This document shows, one piece after another, positions 20,170 to 29,753 of a DNA stretch of 64,000 nt. This DNA is from an uncultured delta proteobacterium. Lineage in GTDB: Bacteria > Myxococcota_A > Polyangia > Polyangiales > B10-G4. The stretch spans positions 160,001 to 224,000 of the forward strand of contig CAVSGI010000027.1 in NCBI GenBank assembly GCA_963727445.1, in the 5' to 3' direction. Below the pieces are notes generated by a model that did not search any database, was not told the origin of the DNA, and saw only the letters and a list, made by a program, of their open reading frames with translations. Both the position numbers and the translations under genes were made by a program. The first letter of the stretch is position 1, and each line of letters begins with the position of its first letter.

Positions 20170-21474
20170 ATGGAGATCGTCATCATCGTGGTCGCGTTGC
20201 TCGCTCTGGGCATCGGCGCGTACTTCGTCATGGGTCGCGGCGACAAGGCGCTGCCCCCGCCCGAGGAGGAGAAGAAGCTTCCTCCGAAGAAGTCTGAGAA
20301 AAAGCCCGAAAAGGCGAAAAAGAAAGCCGAAAAGGCGAAGCCCGAGAAGGCCCCCGTCAAGGCGAAGGACAAGGCGAAGAAGCCTCCGGAAGAGGAAGAA
20401 GAGGAGGAGGAAGCGGAAGCCGAGGCGGCCGCCGCCGAGGCCCCCGCGGAGCCTGAAGAGCCCGCGGAGGAGGCCGCCGCGCGAGTGGAGGAGCCCGCCC
20501 CCGACGCCCCCCTCAAGCGACCGTCGAAGCCCAGCGAGGAAGACGTCAAGGCGCTCAAGAAGGGCCTCAAATCGACGCGCGGTGGCTTCATCGCCAAGCT
20601 CGCCAAGCTCTTCGGCGGCAAGAAGGAGATCGACCCGGCCCTGATCGACGAGATCGAAGAGGTGCTGATCAGGGCCGACATCGGCGTCAAGACCACCGAG
20701 AAGATCCTCGGTCACCTCCGAGACCGCCTCGAGAAGAAGGAGCTGGACGACACCGACCGGATCTGGGGGGCGATTCGAGAGGAGGCCGCTGACATCCTCA
20801 GCGCTTCCAAGGGTTCGATATCCCTCGACAAATCACCGACCGTCATCCTGGTAGTCGGGGTGAACGGGGTTGGAAAGACCACGACGATCGGCAAGCTCGC
20901 CAGCCGCTTCACCGAGGAGGGCAAGAAGGTGATCCTCGCGGCCGGGGACACCTTCCGGGCCGCGGCCGTGCTCCAGCTCGAGGTCTGGGGCCGGCGGACG
21001 AAGTGCAAGGTGGTCAAGGGCAAGGATCGGGCGGATCCCGGCTCGGTGATCTTCGACGCGATCAAGACGGCCAAGGAGGAGGGAGCCGATCTGGTGATCG
21101 CGGATACGGCCGGTCGTCTTCACACGAAGACCCCTCTGATGGAGGAGCTCAAGAAGGTCCACCGCACCTGCGAAAAGGCCTTGGATGGGCGTTCGGCCGA
21201 CGAGGTGCTCCTGGTCCTGGACTCCACCAACGGCCAGAACGCCATCCAGCAGGCCCAGATGTTCAAGGACGCCCTCCCCGTCAGCGGGATCGTCCTGACC
21301 AAGCTGGACGGGACGGCCAAGGGCGGAGTGATCCTGGGAATCGTGGACGAGCATCAGGTTCCCGTCCGGTACATCGGGATCGGCGAGAGGGTCGAAGATC
21401 TCAGGGAGTTCGACGCCCCCAGCTTCGTCGAAGCCCTCTTCGAGAAACCCGACGATGAAACCATGGCCGCGTAA
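20170..21474 (+). CDS. ftsY: Signal recognition particle receptor FtsY
   Basis: GVNGVGKTTTIGKLA, GDTFRAAA, DTAGRLHTK and TKLDGTAKGG motifs; N-terminal TM plus charged linker. Confidence 0.97.
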   Translation: MEIVIIVVALLALGIGAYFVMGRGDKALPPPEEEKKLPPKKSEKKPEKAKKKAEKAKPEKAPVKAKDKAKKPPEEEEEEEEAEAEAAAAEAPAEPEEPAEEAAARVEEPAPDAPLKRPSKPSEEDVKALKKGLKSTRGGFIAKLAKLFGGKKEIDPALIDEIEEVLIRADIGVKTTEKILGHLRDRLEKKELDDTDRIWGAIREEAADILSASKGSISLDKSPTVILVVGVNGVGKTTTIGKLASRFTEEGKKVILAAGDTFRAAAVLQLEVWGRRTKCKVVKGKDRADPGSVIFDAIKTAKEEGADLVIADTAGRLHTKTPLMEELKKVHRTCEKALDGRSADEVLLVLDSTNGQNAIQQAQMFKDALPVSGIVLTKLDGTAKGGVILGIVDEHQVPVRYIGIGERVEDLREFDAPSFVEALFEKPDDETMAA

Positions 21475-21477
21475 GCG

Positions 21478-21507
21478 TTGAATTCCCGAGATTCTGCATG
21501 ATATAGT
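21478..21507 (+). promoter_or_regulatory. Putative sigma70 promoter of the barrel pair, TTGAAT-N18-TATAGT (TGn-extended -10)
   Basis: Read directly just after the ftsY stop. Confidence 0.6.
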
Positions 21508-21639
21508 CGGCGCCGCCTCGGGATGATTGATGTTTTCATCAGTTATTCCGAGGGGTTGTAGAGGGGTAGTACACCGCCGGCGTCACCGGCGGGAGACGTG
21601 TTTGCGGGACGTTTCCACGACGAGGTGGAAGGGGTCACG

Positions 21640-22620
21640 ATGAGAAGGTCAATAGTCGCGATTCTGCTCTTCACAGCCACGCTTTGCGTGGGTGGGAGTG
21701 CCTTCGCACAGGACATGTCTTTCGACTTGGATGAGGCCGAGACGGAAGAAGGCGGAGGCGAAGGCGAAGAAGGCGGTGATGCCGCCGGAGACGACAGCGG
21801 CCTCGTCATGGAAGGTGACGAGGGCGGTGGCGGCGAAGAAGGCGGCGGCATGGGCGACTTCGATGGCGGAGACGTCATCGGAGATCTCGCCGGAGGCGGC
21901 CCCGAGGAGCAGGGCCCGCGAGAGCGGGCGCCGCGGTCGAGCGAAACGGTCGAGGAGATCTACGCCGTCCAGCAGATCTACGCGCTGCGCATCAATCGCG
22001 TGGAGCTCTCACCGAACGTCGGCTTCAGCATGAACGACCAGTACGTCAGCCACACGTCGGTCGGCCTGGGGCTCAACTACTGGTGGACGAACGTTCTCGC
22101 CATCGGCCTGAACTTCAACTGGTATCAGGGGCTCGAGAACGAGTCGGACCTGAACTTCTTCGTTCGGCGCTCGTTCCGCCTGGCGGTTCCCATCACCGAG
22201 TATCAGCTCGGCGCGAACCTGAACTTCACGTACGTGCCTCTGTACGGGAAGTTCAACATGTTCAACGAGTACATCTTCCAGTGGGATGCCTACATCCTCG
22301 GCGGTGTCGGCATCATGCGCACCCGCCCGGTGCCGGTCGTCGACCCCGAGGTTCGGCAGTTCGACTTCGACTGGCGCGTGGCCTTCAACGTCGCCCTCGG
22401 CTTCCGCGTATTCGTGACGCGCTGGCTCGCGGTCTTCGCGGAGCTTCGCGACTACATCTACCTGGAGCAGCTCGAGAACCTGAATGTCTCGGTCGGGGCT
22501 GGGCGTGACGATCCCACCACGTGGTTGGCCGATGGTCCGACGCTCACGAACAACGTGACGGCGCACCTCGGGCTCACGATCTTCCTGCCCTTCGACTTCG
22601 AGTACAGGCTGCCCAAGTGA
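21640..22620 (+). CDS. Myxobacterial outer-membrane beta-barrel, GltA/GltB-like
   Basis: Signal peptide, acidic linker, AVQQIYALRINRVELSP...SMNDQY and YVPLYGKF motifs; alternating beta-strand pattern. Confidence 0.8.
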   Translation: MRRSIVAILLFTATLCVGGSAFAQDMSFDLDEAETEEGGGEGEEGGDAAGDDSGLVMEGDEGGGGEEGGGMGDFDGGDVIGDLAGGGPEEQGPRERAPRSSETVEEIYAVQQIYALRINRVELSPNVGFSMNDQYVSHTSVGLGLNYWWTNVLAIGLNFNWYQGLENESDLNFFVRRSFRLAVPITEYQLGANLNFTYVPLYGKFNMFNEYIFQWDAYILGGVGIMRTRPVPVVDPEVRQFDFDWRVAFNVALGFRVFVTRWLAVFAELRDYIYLEQLENLNVSVGAGRDDPTTWLADGPTLTNNVTAHLGLTIFLPFDFEYRLPK

Positions 22621-22628
22621 GTGTGAAC

Positions 22629-23501
22629 ATGACGAAGCGTCTCATCATCGGGTTCGCCATCCTCGCTGGACTCTTCTTGGTGGAAGGTCCCTCGGTGGCG
22701 AGTGCTCAGGAAATCCAGATCACCGGCCCGCTGGCCGGTGCGCCTGCCTGCCGGCACTGCCGGATCTATCGCTCGGGCCGCTTTCTCGTGCAGCCCACGT
22801 TCTCGTTCACCCTGCAGGACGAGTACTCGCGCGCGATCCTCTTCGGTCTGACCGCGCAGTACCACTTCACCGACTGGCTCGGTATCGGGGTCTGGGGGGC
22901 GTACAACCCGACGGACATCGACACCGACCTGACGACGCAGGTGAAGGCGAATGGTCAAACCACGTCGCGAAACGTCCTGAGCCTTCCGAACGCAGCCGAG
23001 TTCGGAAACCAGGTCGCCCGCTTCCGCGGCGCCGCAGCGCTCCAGCTGGTGTTCGTTCCGCTTCGAGGAAAGCTCTCGCTCTTCCAGAACATCTTCGTCG
23101 ACACCGACTTCTACATCTTCGCGGGTGTGGCAGGCATCATGGTCGACCAGCGGGCGCAGGTCGCGAGCACGCCCGCGGGGTGCAACATCATGGGCGGCGC
23201 AGGCGACCCGGCTCGGCGCACGAACGCGTGTGGTCAGGTCGCTCGCGACAGCCTCCTCGACCTCACCTGGACCGCTGGCGCCGGCCTCACGATGATGATG
23301 AACGACTGGTTCGGCCTCTCCTTCGAGTGGCGCGCCCTGCCCTTCGCCTGGAACACCTCGGGCACGGACGAGAAGAACCAGGACGGCCAGACCTTCCCCG
23401 ACGGCGCCATCGATGGCAACGACAACATCTACCGTCTGAACCACATGTTCAGCCTCGGCCTGATGATCTACCTCCCGACCGCGGTCGAAGTCACCGACTG
23501 A
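22629..23501 (+). CDS. Second myxobacterial outer-membrane beta-barrel, GltA/GltB-like
   Basis: Signal peptide; YRSGRFLVQPTFSFTLQDEY and FVPLRGKLSLF motifs; C-terminal strand LGLMIYLP; tandem paralog of the upstream gene. Confidence 0.8.
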   Translation: MTKRLIIGFAILAGLFLVEGPSVASAQEIQITGPLAGAPACRHCRIYRSGRFLVQPTFSFTLQDEYSRAILFGLTAQYHFTDWLGIGVWGAYNPTDIDTDLTTQVKANGQTTSRNVLSLPNAAEFGNQVARFRGAAALQLVFVPLRGKLSLFQNIFVDTDFYIFAGVAGIMVDQRAQVASTPAGCNIMGGAGDPARRTNACGQVARDSLLDLTWTAGAGLTMMMNDWFGLSFEWRALPFAWNTSGTDEKNQDGQTFPDGAIDGNDNIYRLNHMFSLGLMIYLPTAVEVTD

Positions 23502-23526
23502 GCACCGCCCGGCCAAACGAGCCAAG

Positions 23527-23555
23527 AAGCCCGCGCCGAAAGGCGCGGGCTTTTT
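23527..23555 (+). terminator. Intrinsic terminator, probably bidirectional
   Basis: AAGCCCGCGCC-GAAA-GGCGCGGGCTT followed by a T run, between convergent genes. Confidence 0.9.
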
Positions 23556-23576
23556 CGTTGGCGCAGCGCGCGGCCC

Positions 23577-24296
23577 CTACCTCCGAGGCGTGCCGTCCTG
23601 GTCCAGCGCGAAGCCTTCGGGGAGCATCTTGCGAACGGCCTCTCGCCGGTCCGCCGGGATCTTGTACTCCGCGTCGGCGAAGCCCTCGAAGATGCGCACC
23701 CGCACCCGGACGCTCTCCTCGTCCTCTACGAGGTCGAGCAGGGCCTCGTAGGCAGGGCTGGGGTCTTGCTGGGCGAAGACGGCGCCGACGGAGTGGAAGC
23801 GCACCGTCTCGTTGGCGTCGTCGAAGAAGCGGCTGACCGCTTCGACGATGCGGGGGTCCTGCCGGTCCTCGAGGTAGGCGACCACCTGGATCTTCTTGTC
23901 CGGGTCGCGCTCGTAGTCGGTCGTCATGCCCTCGAGCAGGCCCAACAGCTCGTTCACCACCTCTTCGGGGCTGAGGAGCTGCTCCAACATCTTGAGGGGC
24001 CAGCTGACCTTGTCCGTCTTCGCGAGGTGTGCACGGACCGGGGCCACGGCCACCTCGCCAGCCGACACGATCCCGCCGAACGCCGCGTCCTTCTCTTCCT
24101 GATCGACGATGCTCGGATCGACCCGGATCTCGAAACGCTCGAGGAGCGCCTCGACGGCCTCCGGGGTGCCCATCTTGGCGAGGACCTGAATCGACTCCCA
24201 ACGATCGGGGTTTTGCGCACGCTTGTTCGCGACGCGCGCAGCGTGCTTCTTGATCGCTCCCGGACCCTTCCGGGAGAACATGTCGAAGAGTCCCAT
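23577..24296 (-). CDS. HEAT-repeat protein
   Basis: Helical repeats such as RFFDDANETVRFHSVGAVF and EESVRVRVRI. Confidence 0.8.
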   Translation of the reverse strand: MGLFDMFSRKGPGAIKKHAARVANKRAQNPDRWESIQVLAKMGTPEAVEALLERFEIRVDPSIVDQEEKDAAFGGIVSAGEVAVAPVRAHLAKTDKVSWPLKMLEQLLSPEEVVNELLGLLEGMTTDYERDPDKKIQVVAYLEDRQDPRIVEAVSRFFDDANETVRFHSVGAVFAQQDPSPAYEALLDLVEDEESVRVRVRIFEGFADAEYKIPADRREAVRKMLPEGFALDQDGTPRR

Positions 24297-24320
24297 TCTC
24301 TTACTGCACGAGCACGGACA

Positions 24321-25802
24321 TCAGCGGATGAGCACCGGCTTGAGCGAAACCTGCGAGCCGGCCGCTTCGACCTTGAAGCGCACCATGCGCACCCCGTGCT
24401 TCTTCGCGAGAGCTCCCGCCTGCCCCTGCAGGCGCTTGACGAAGACGTCCTGCCGGATGTTCGCCACGTTCTCTCCCGCGGCGGTCTTGGCCTGGACGTA
24501 CTCGTTGTAGATGCGCGTCAGGTAGGCATCCTCGGGCTCCGCCTCGAGGCTCGCCGCGAGCGCCGGGTCGTCGATCACGTCCCCAGCGGCGCCGCCGCCA
24601 CCGCCCGAGCTGGCGTTGGTGTCGAAGGCCGAGCCCTGCCAGTCCGGATTGGCCGCGGGCGGCGGACGCGAGGGCGACACGCGCCCCTCTTCGTCTTCCT
24701 CGGCCACGCCCGTGAAGACGTTGATCAGCTGGTTTATTCGATAGGCGAGACCGCCGAACTCGGCGCTCTCGATGTCGAGCCTGAAATCGGTGCGGCCGTT
24801 GATGACCGACAGGACGCCCTCCTCGATCTGCTCGAGCGGCCGCAGGAACGAGGAGCCGATGATGAAGCCGTAGACCAGCACGACCAGCAGGCCGAAGATC
24901 GACATGTAGAGGACGATGTTCACGGACGAAGCGAGGCTCGTGCCTTCCGACTTGTTGCCCATGACGACGTAGGCCACGTGATAGCCGCGAACGCCCGGGA
25001 GCGGCATGGTCACGCCCACCCAGTTGTCACCGGCGATCTGCGCGTTCCAGCGCTGGCCGCCGCCAGTTCCCGCGAGCGCGGCGGTGGTGGCTGCGGACTG
25101 CGAGTCCGAGAAGAGGTAGGTGCCGAGCCCCTGGCTCTCGTTGTTGTCCAGCGACGAGCTGTAGACGCGCCCCTCCGTGATGAACGCGACGTCGCGTCCG
25201 AGAAGCTCCGACGCGCGATCGGCCATGGCGTTCGACAGGTCGTAGCCCACCAGGAGCCCACCGATCACCGCACCGGCGTCGTTGCGAACGGCCGCGATGG
25301 CCGTCTCGAAGACCTTGTCCTCGTCCTCCTTGAACCAGACGTCGAGCGCCGGCTCACCCGAAGAGAGCACCCCCCGGAGCGCGGGGATCTGCTGAGCGAG
25401 GCGGGTGTTGTGCAGTCGGTTCGGGTCCTGGTCGCGCGCCAGGACCGTACCCGTCTCGTCGGTGATGACGACGAGGTCGGGATTGAGGCCGCGGCGCGAT
25501 GGGTCGCGCAGCCACTGCGAGATGCCGTTCGCCGCCTGGTGCGCGCGGGTGCGCCGGCTGTCGGTGTCCAGCCCGCCGAACGCCTGTTTGACGTCCTGCG
25601 TCTGGGCGCGATCGGCGACCATCTCGAGGAACTTGATCCCCTCGAGCTGGAACGACCGTCCCAGCAACTTGGAATCGTTCACGATCTGCGACTCGACCTG
25701 AGCCGCGAGACCGGTCTCTACCTCGCCCTTGGCGATGTAGAACGACAGGAGCCCGATGACGAGTACGACCAGGAAATTGCCGGCGATGATCTTGAGCCGC
25801 AT
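24321..25802 (-). CDS. MXAN_5187-family membrane protein (Cache-like sensor, HAMP, conserved C-terminal domain)
   Basis: Two TM helices flank a periplasmic domain; HAMP-like LRPLEQIEEGV...EFGGLAYRINQL; C-terminus IYNEYVQAK...KKHGVRMVRFKV...SLKPV. Confidence 0.75.
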   Translation of the reverse strand: MRLKIIAGNFLVVLVIGLLSFYIAKGEVETGLAAQVESQIVNDSKLLGRSFQLEGIKFLEMVADRAQTQDVKQAFGGLDTDSRRTRAHQAANGISQWLRDPSRRGLNPDLVVITDETGTVLARDQDPNRLHNTRLAQQIPALRGVLSSGEPALDVWFKEDEDKVFETAIAAVRNDAGAVIGGLLVGYDLSNAMADRASELLGRDVAFITEGRVYSSSLDNNESQGLGTYLFSDSQSAATTAALAGTGGGQRWNAQIAGDNWVGVTMPLPGVRGYHVAYVVMGNKSEGTSLASSVNIVLYMSIFGLLVVLVYGFIIGSSFLRPLEQIEEGVLSVINGRTDFRLDIESAEFGGLAYRINQLINVFTGVAEEDEEGRVSPSRPPPAANPDWQGSAFDTNASSGGGGGAAGDVIDDPALAASLEAEPEDAYLTRIYNEYVQAKTAAGENVANIRQDVFVKRLQGQAGALAKKHGVRMVRFKVEAAGSQVSLKPVLIR

Positions 25803-25985
25803 TTGAGGGCCTCTCTCCTGTGTACGAACCGGGCCGTGGGTGGCTTTTCCCCCCTCGACGGCCTTGAAAACCGGGGCAGACTACCAACCTCGGGGCGCCG
25901 CCGGAATATCACCGGGGAAATGAGGTGGTCAAGCCCTCCTCCGCCCGGATTCCCCGACAAAGCCCTTCGGCAGACTCGGTTCCCC

Positions 25986-27014
25986 ATGGACGCGCAGACG
26001 CGAGCAAGCGGCATTTTGGTCGTGGACGAGGAGGCCTTCGACGCGCACGAGGCACCTGGACCACACCCCGAGTGTCCCGAACGGCTGGCAGCCGCTCGGG
26101 AGGGCCTGAGGCTCGCTTTGGGCGATCTGACGCCCTTGCGCCTCGAGGCGCCGCGGGTTCGCCGAGAGGATCTGGAGCGGGCCCACACCCCGCACTACCT
26201 CGACCAGCTGGACCAGGCGCTCCACGAGGCCCAGGCGGGCTATCTGGACCCTGACACGTTCTTCTCGGCAGGAACCCGAGAAGCGGCCCACCGGGCCTCC
26301 GGTGGCGGGGTGGCCGCCCTCACGGCCCTACGGGAGGGTCGCGCGGAGCACGCCTTCCTCCTGCTGCGGCCCCCCGGCCATCACGCGACCGCCAGTCGAC
26401 CCATGGGCTTCTGTCTCTTGAACCACATCGCCGTCGCGGCTGGGTCGGCCCTCGCCGCTGGCGCCGCGCGGATCGCCATCGTCGACTGGGACGTCCACCA
26501 CGGAAACGGCACGCAGGCGATCTTCGAGGAGGATCCCCGGGTGCTCTTCCTGTCCCTGCATCAGGCGGGCATCTATCCCGGAAGCGGCCGTCCGACGGAG
26601 ATCGGCCGCGGGGCGGGCCGAGGCACGACCGTGAACGTCGCCCTCCCCTCCGGCACGGACGGCGCCGGCTTCGCCCATGCCTTCCGAGAGGTGGTCTTGC
26701 CGCGGCTGCGCGAATACGCGCCCGAGATCATCCTCGTCTCGGCCGGCTTCGACGCCCACGCGCGCGATCCCCTCGCCGGCCTCGAGCTCGACGCCTACAC
26801 CTACGGCGCGATGGCGACCGCGCTCCTCGACCTGGGCCGACCCACCGCCATGTTTCTCGAGGGCGGCTACGATCTCAACGCGCTCGCCGACAGCGTCGAG
26901 GCGGTGGGTCGCGCGCTGTCCGGAGAGCGCAGTGACCTGCCCGAGGAGCGGCCCCGCGCCGCCGAGGCGAGCGCGGTCGAACGAACTCTCCAGGCCCAGA
27001 AGGCCGCCCAATAG
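25986..27014 (+). CDS. Zn-dependent histone deacetylase family protein (AcuC/HDAC)
   Basis: HPECPERL, RPPGHHA, MGFC, DWDVHHGNGTQ, SAGFDAH and LEGGY motifs. Confidence 0.95.
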   Translation: MDAQTRASGILVVDEEAFDAHEAPGPHPECPERLAAAREGLRLALGDLTPLRLEAPRVRREDLERAHTPHYLDQLDQALHEAQAGYLDPDTFFSAGTREAAHRASGGGVAALTALREGRAEHAFLLLRPPGHHATASRPMGFCLLNHIAVAAGSALAAGAARIAIVDWDVHHGNGTQAIFEEDPRVLFLSLHQAGIYPGSGRPTEIGRGAGRGTTVNVALPSGTDGAGFAHAFREVVLPRLREYAPEIILVSAGFDAHARDPLAGLELDAYTYGAMATALLDLGRPTAMFLEGGYDLNALADSVEAVGRALSGERSDLPEERPRAAEASAVERTLQAQKAAQ

Positions 27015-27015
27015 C

Positions 27016-27956
27016 TCAGAAGTCGAGCAGGGCGACGTCGCCGCCGGAGACGCGCTCGGTCGCCACCGAGCGGCCCTCGATGAAGTAGAGCACCACCGCC
27101 ACGACCACCAGCCCGATGGCGGTGCCCAGCATCACATCCGAGATGAGGGCGGAGTGGCGCGCGGGGGCATAGGCGCTGGAGGCCGTCGATCCGGCCACCT
27201 CGTTCCTCTTGTTCTCCGCATCGACCGCAAACCCGATGGCCACGCCGCCCGCCGCGAGGGCGAGGCCACCTGCGATCCAGGTGAAGAGGCGCGAGCCGTG
27301 CACGGAGCGGTATTCCGTGGCGTCCACCAGGTCCGCGTAAGCCGTGGTGTCCACCCCCGGCTGTACGTTCACCCGGGAGCGAAAGGGGATGTAACCGTCC
27401 TTTTCCACCACCACCTGATGCTCGCCTGGCTGGGTGGTGATCGGAACCGCGAGCGGAGACTCGCCCACCTCGCGTCCATCGACGATCACCTTGGCGCCCT
27501 CGACGTTGGCGCGGATGCGAAGGGTGCCGGTGGTGGGCGCACGCTGTCCCTGCTGCCGCGCGGTCTCTGCACGTTCTTCGAGGTCGGTGATGTGCTGCTC
27601 GACCTGGCTGCGATCGGGGGATCCACCCGGTCGCGCAGATAGCGCTGGTAGTACTCGATGGCGGGCTCGAACTCGCGAAGCTCCTCCCAGGCCCGCGCGA
27701 TGTTGAACCAGATGTCGGCGCTCGGGACCAGTGACGCGGCGAGCTCGAACTCGTGAATGGCGTCGCGGTAGCGGTGTGCCTCGAAGTGTTCCATGCCGGC
27801 CTGGAAGCGCTCGCGAGCCCGCTGGGCCGCCTGAGGGTCCTCCGGGCTGGCCCCCTCGTCGTGGGCATCGCCCTCGCCATCCCCATCCTCTTGCGCCCAG
27901 GCGAGCGCGGGCGTGAGGAGGAGCAGCACAGAGACCGCTATCGACCAGAGCCGCAC
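27016..27956 (-). CDS. TPR + PEGA domain membrane protein (frameshift near 27620)
   Basis: Signal peptide and TPR (ORF 27486-27956) continue in another frame with PEGA (GTLRIRANVEGAKVIVDG...PGEHQVVVEKDGY) and two C-terminal TM helices. Confidence 0.85.
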
Positions 27957-28020
27957 GTCGTGACGGTATCACAGGGCCCATTGTCGCCTGAACGAAAGTG
28001 CGCCCGAGCGACCGGCCAAA

Positions 28021-29421
28021 GTGAAGCTCCCCACACCGCCATCCGCTCATCCACGCTATCCTCCCCCCGCCGCGGAATGCCCCCGCGGATCGCTCGCCTT
28101 GATCCGTCCCATCCCCATCACCTGCGACCGCGCCGAGCTGGTGGTCGAGTGCGCTGCTGCGGCGGTGCCCCTGAGCCTCTCCGTCGAGCCCGAGCTCGCC
28201 GAGCGACCCCTCGAGGAAGAGGGTCTGGGCGGGCCGGATGCGAATCTGCGTGGGGTGGCGGTGGTCGACCCACCCCCGGCCGAAGCCCTGGCCGCTTTGC
28301 GCGCCTGCCCCGGGCGCTCGGTGCTCTGTGTGCTCTCTGGAGACGAGGCCACCATCGACCTCGCGCACGACCTGGGGATCGTGGCGGTCAGCCACCCCAA
28401 GGCCCTCTTGGGCATCCTGTCGCTGCTGTCGGGTGGGCGGGACAAAGCATTCGCCGCCACGCTTCGCAATCTCGCCGACGCCGATCGCATCCGCTTGGCC
28501 CAGGCGGTCCATCCCGAACGCGGTGGGGGGCTGCTCGCGCGTGCCGGCGGGGGCCTCATCGTCCACCGCGACGAGGAGGGCACAGAGGTGCCGATCGGCG
28601 AGCCCCGCGACGCGGCCGAAGCGCTCTGGGCGATGGCGCGCGCCTTCGGCGGTGGCGTCCGTCCGCAATCGATCCTCGAAGGTGTGGAAGCGCGCGCGGT
28701 TCACGACGTGATCTTCGGCCCGCCCCGGGCGCTGTCGGATCCGGCGAGCAAAGCCGCGCTCCTGCCCTACGGGGTACCCCTGCCGCTCGAGGAGCTCTGC
28801 GCCAGCCCATCGCGCGCGGCAGCGGAAGCCGCGCGCATCGGCTTTCCAGTGCGGATCGTGCTCGCCTCGCCGGACTTGCGGGTCTGGGACCACCCCGATC
28901 TCGCGGTCGATGGCGTCGACAACGCCGCGCGGGTGCGCGATGTCTTTCGGCAGCTCGAGACCCTGGCGCGCGCCCACGCGCCCGAGGCGCGCGTGCTGGG
29001 CGTGACGGTCACGGCGACCAGCGTCGCCCGCGCGTTGCTGCGCGTGGTCGCCACACCGCTTCCGCAGGGGCTCGTCCGCATGGAGCTGGGCTTCGCCGAT
29101 CCCCACGGCGAGGCGGCCAGGGATCGCACGGTGACGGCGCTACCGGCGCCGATCGGACGCATCGAAGCCGTCCTCGCGCGACTGCGCGGAAGCGACCTGA
29201 TCCTGGCGGGCTCACCCGTCGAACGCCGGGCGACGGTCGAAGCCATCGCCGACGTCCTCTTGCGGGTCGCCGCCTTCGTCGACGATCAACGCGAGGAGGT
29301 CACCTCGGTCGAGATCGATCCCCTCGCGGTCCTGCTGGGCGGGGTCGCGGAGGTGCGCGAGGCGTGCGTCACCGTCGGCGACGCGTTCGTTCGCTCACTC
29401 GAGGCCGGAGCTACGGGGTGA
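28021..29421 (+). CDS. Acetate-CoA ligase (ADP-forming)-like ATP-grasp domain protein, divergent
   Basis: SKAALLPYGVP...AAAEAARIGFPV...VLGVTV...VTSVEIDPLAV matches the ATP-grasp_5 layout; usual K and HK-S/T-D residues are altered. Confidence 0.7.
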   Translation: MKLPTPPSAHPRYPPPAAECPRGSLALIRPIPITCDRAELVVECAAAAVPLSLSVEPELAERPLEEEGLGGPDANLRGVAVVDPPPAEALAALRACPGRSVLCVLSGDEATIDLAHDLGIVAVSHPKALLGILSLLSGGRDKAFAATLRNLADADRIRLAQAVHPERGGGLLARAGGGLIVHRDEEGTEVPIGEPRDAAEALWAMARAFGGGVRPQSILEGVEARAVHDVIFGPPRALSDPASKAALLPYGVPLPLEELCASPSRAAAEAARIGFPVRIVLASPDLRVWDHPDLAVDGVDNAARVRDVFRQLETLARAHAPEARVLGVTVTATSVARALLRVVATPLPQGLVRMELGFADPHGEAARDRTVTALPAPIGRIEAVLARLRGSDLILAGSPVERRATVEAIADVLLRVAAFVDDQREEVTSVEIDPLAVLLGGVAEVREACVTVGDAFVRSLEAGATG

Positions 29422-29429
29422 GGTACGGC

Positions 29430-29582
29430 TCAGACGCCCCGCTGCTGACTCGTCTCCTCCGAGTCGATATCCGTGGAGAAGGGGCCCACCCCGGCATACG
29501 CCATGATGGCGACGATCAGGCCGAGAATGCCTACGACGATGGCACCCTTCACGATGGGGCTGGAATCAGACCAGAACGACAT
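29430..29582 (-). CDS. Small (50 aa) single-pass membrane protein
   Basis: AAGGAGG RBS, ATG at 29582, TM helix AIVVGILGLIVAIMAYAGV, own promoter upstream. Confidence 0.7.
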   Translation of the reverse strand: MSFWSDSSPIVKGAIVVGILGLIVAIMAYAGVGPFSTDIDSEETSQQRGV

Positions 29583-29613
29583 TGCGCTATGCCTCCTTGG
29601 GCGATTTCGAACG

Positions 29614-29643
29614 AGACTACGCAGCCAGTACACGGCAGGTCAA
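29614..29643 (-). promoter_or_regulatory. Putative sigma70 promoter TTGACC-N18-TAGTCT with AT-rich upstream tract
   Basis: Read directly; aaataaatgttc lies immediately upstream of the -35. Confidence 0.65.
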
Positions 29644-29753
29644 GAACATTTATTCTTCCCTGGGCGGATGTTTACAGAAACAACACACCGTCTTCTGACC
29701 GCTTCAGTGCGGCTACCATGACTCCTTACCTGGTGTAAACGGCAACGACGAAA

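Noticed and set aside
23766..27014. 1082-aa giant deacetylase ORF
   Set aside because: The first ~740 codons are the antisense shadow of two real minus-strand genes; the deacetylase starts at about 25986.
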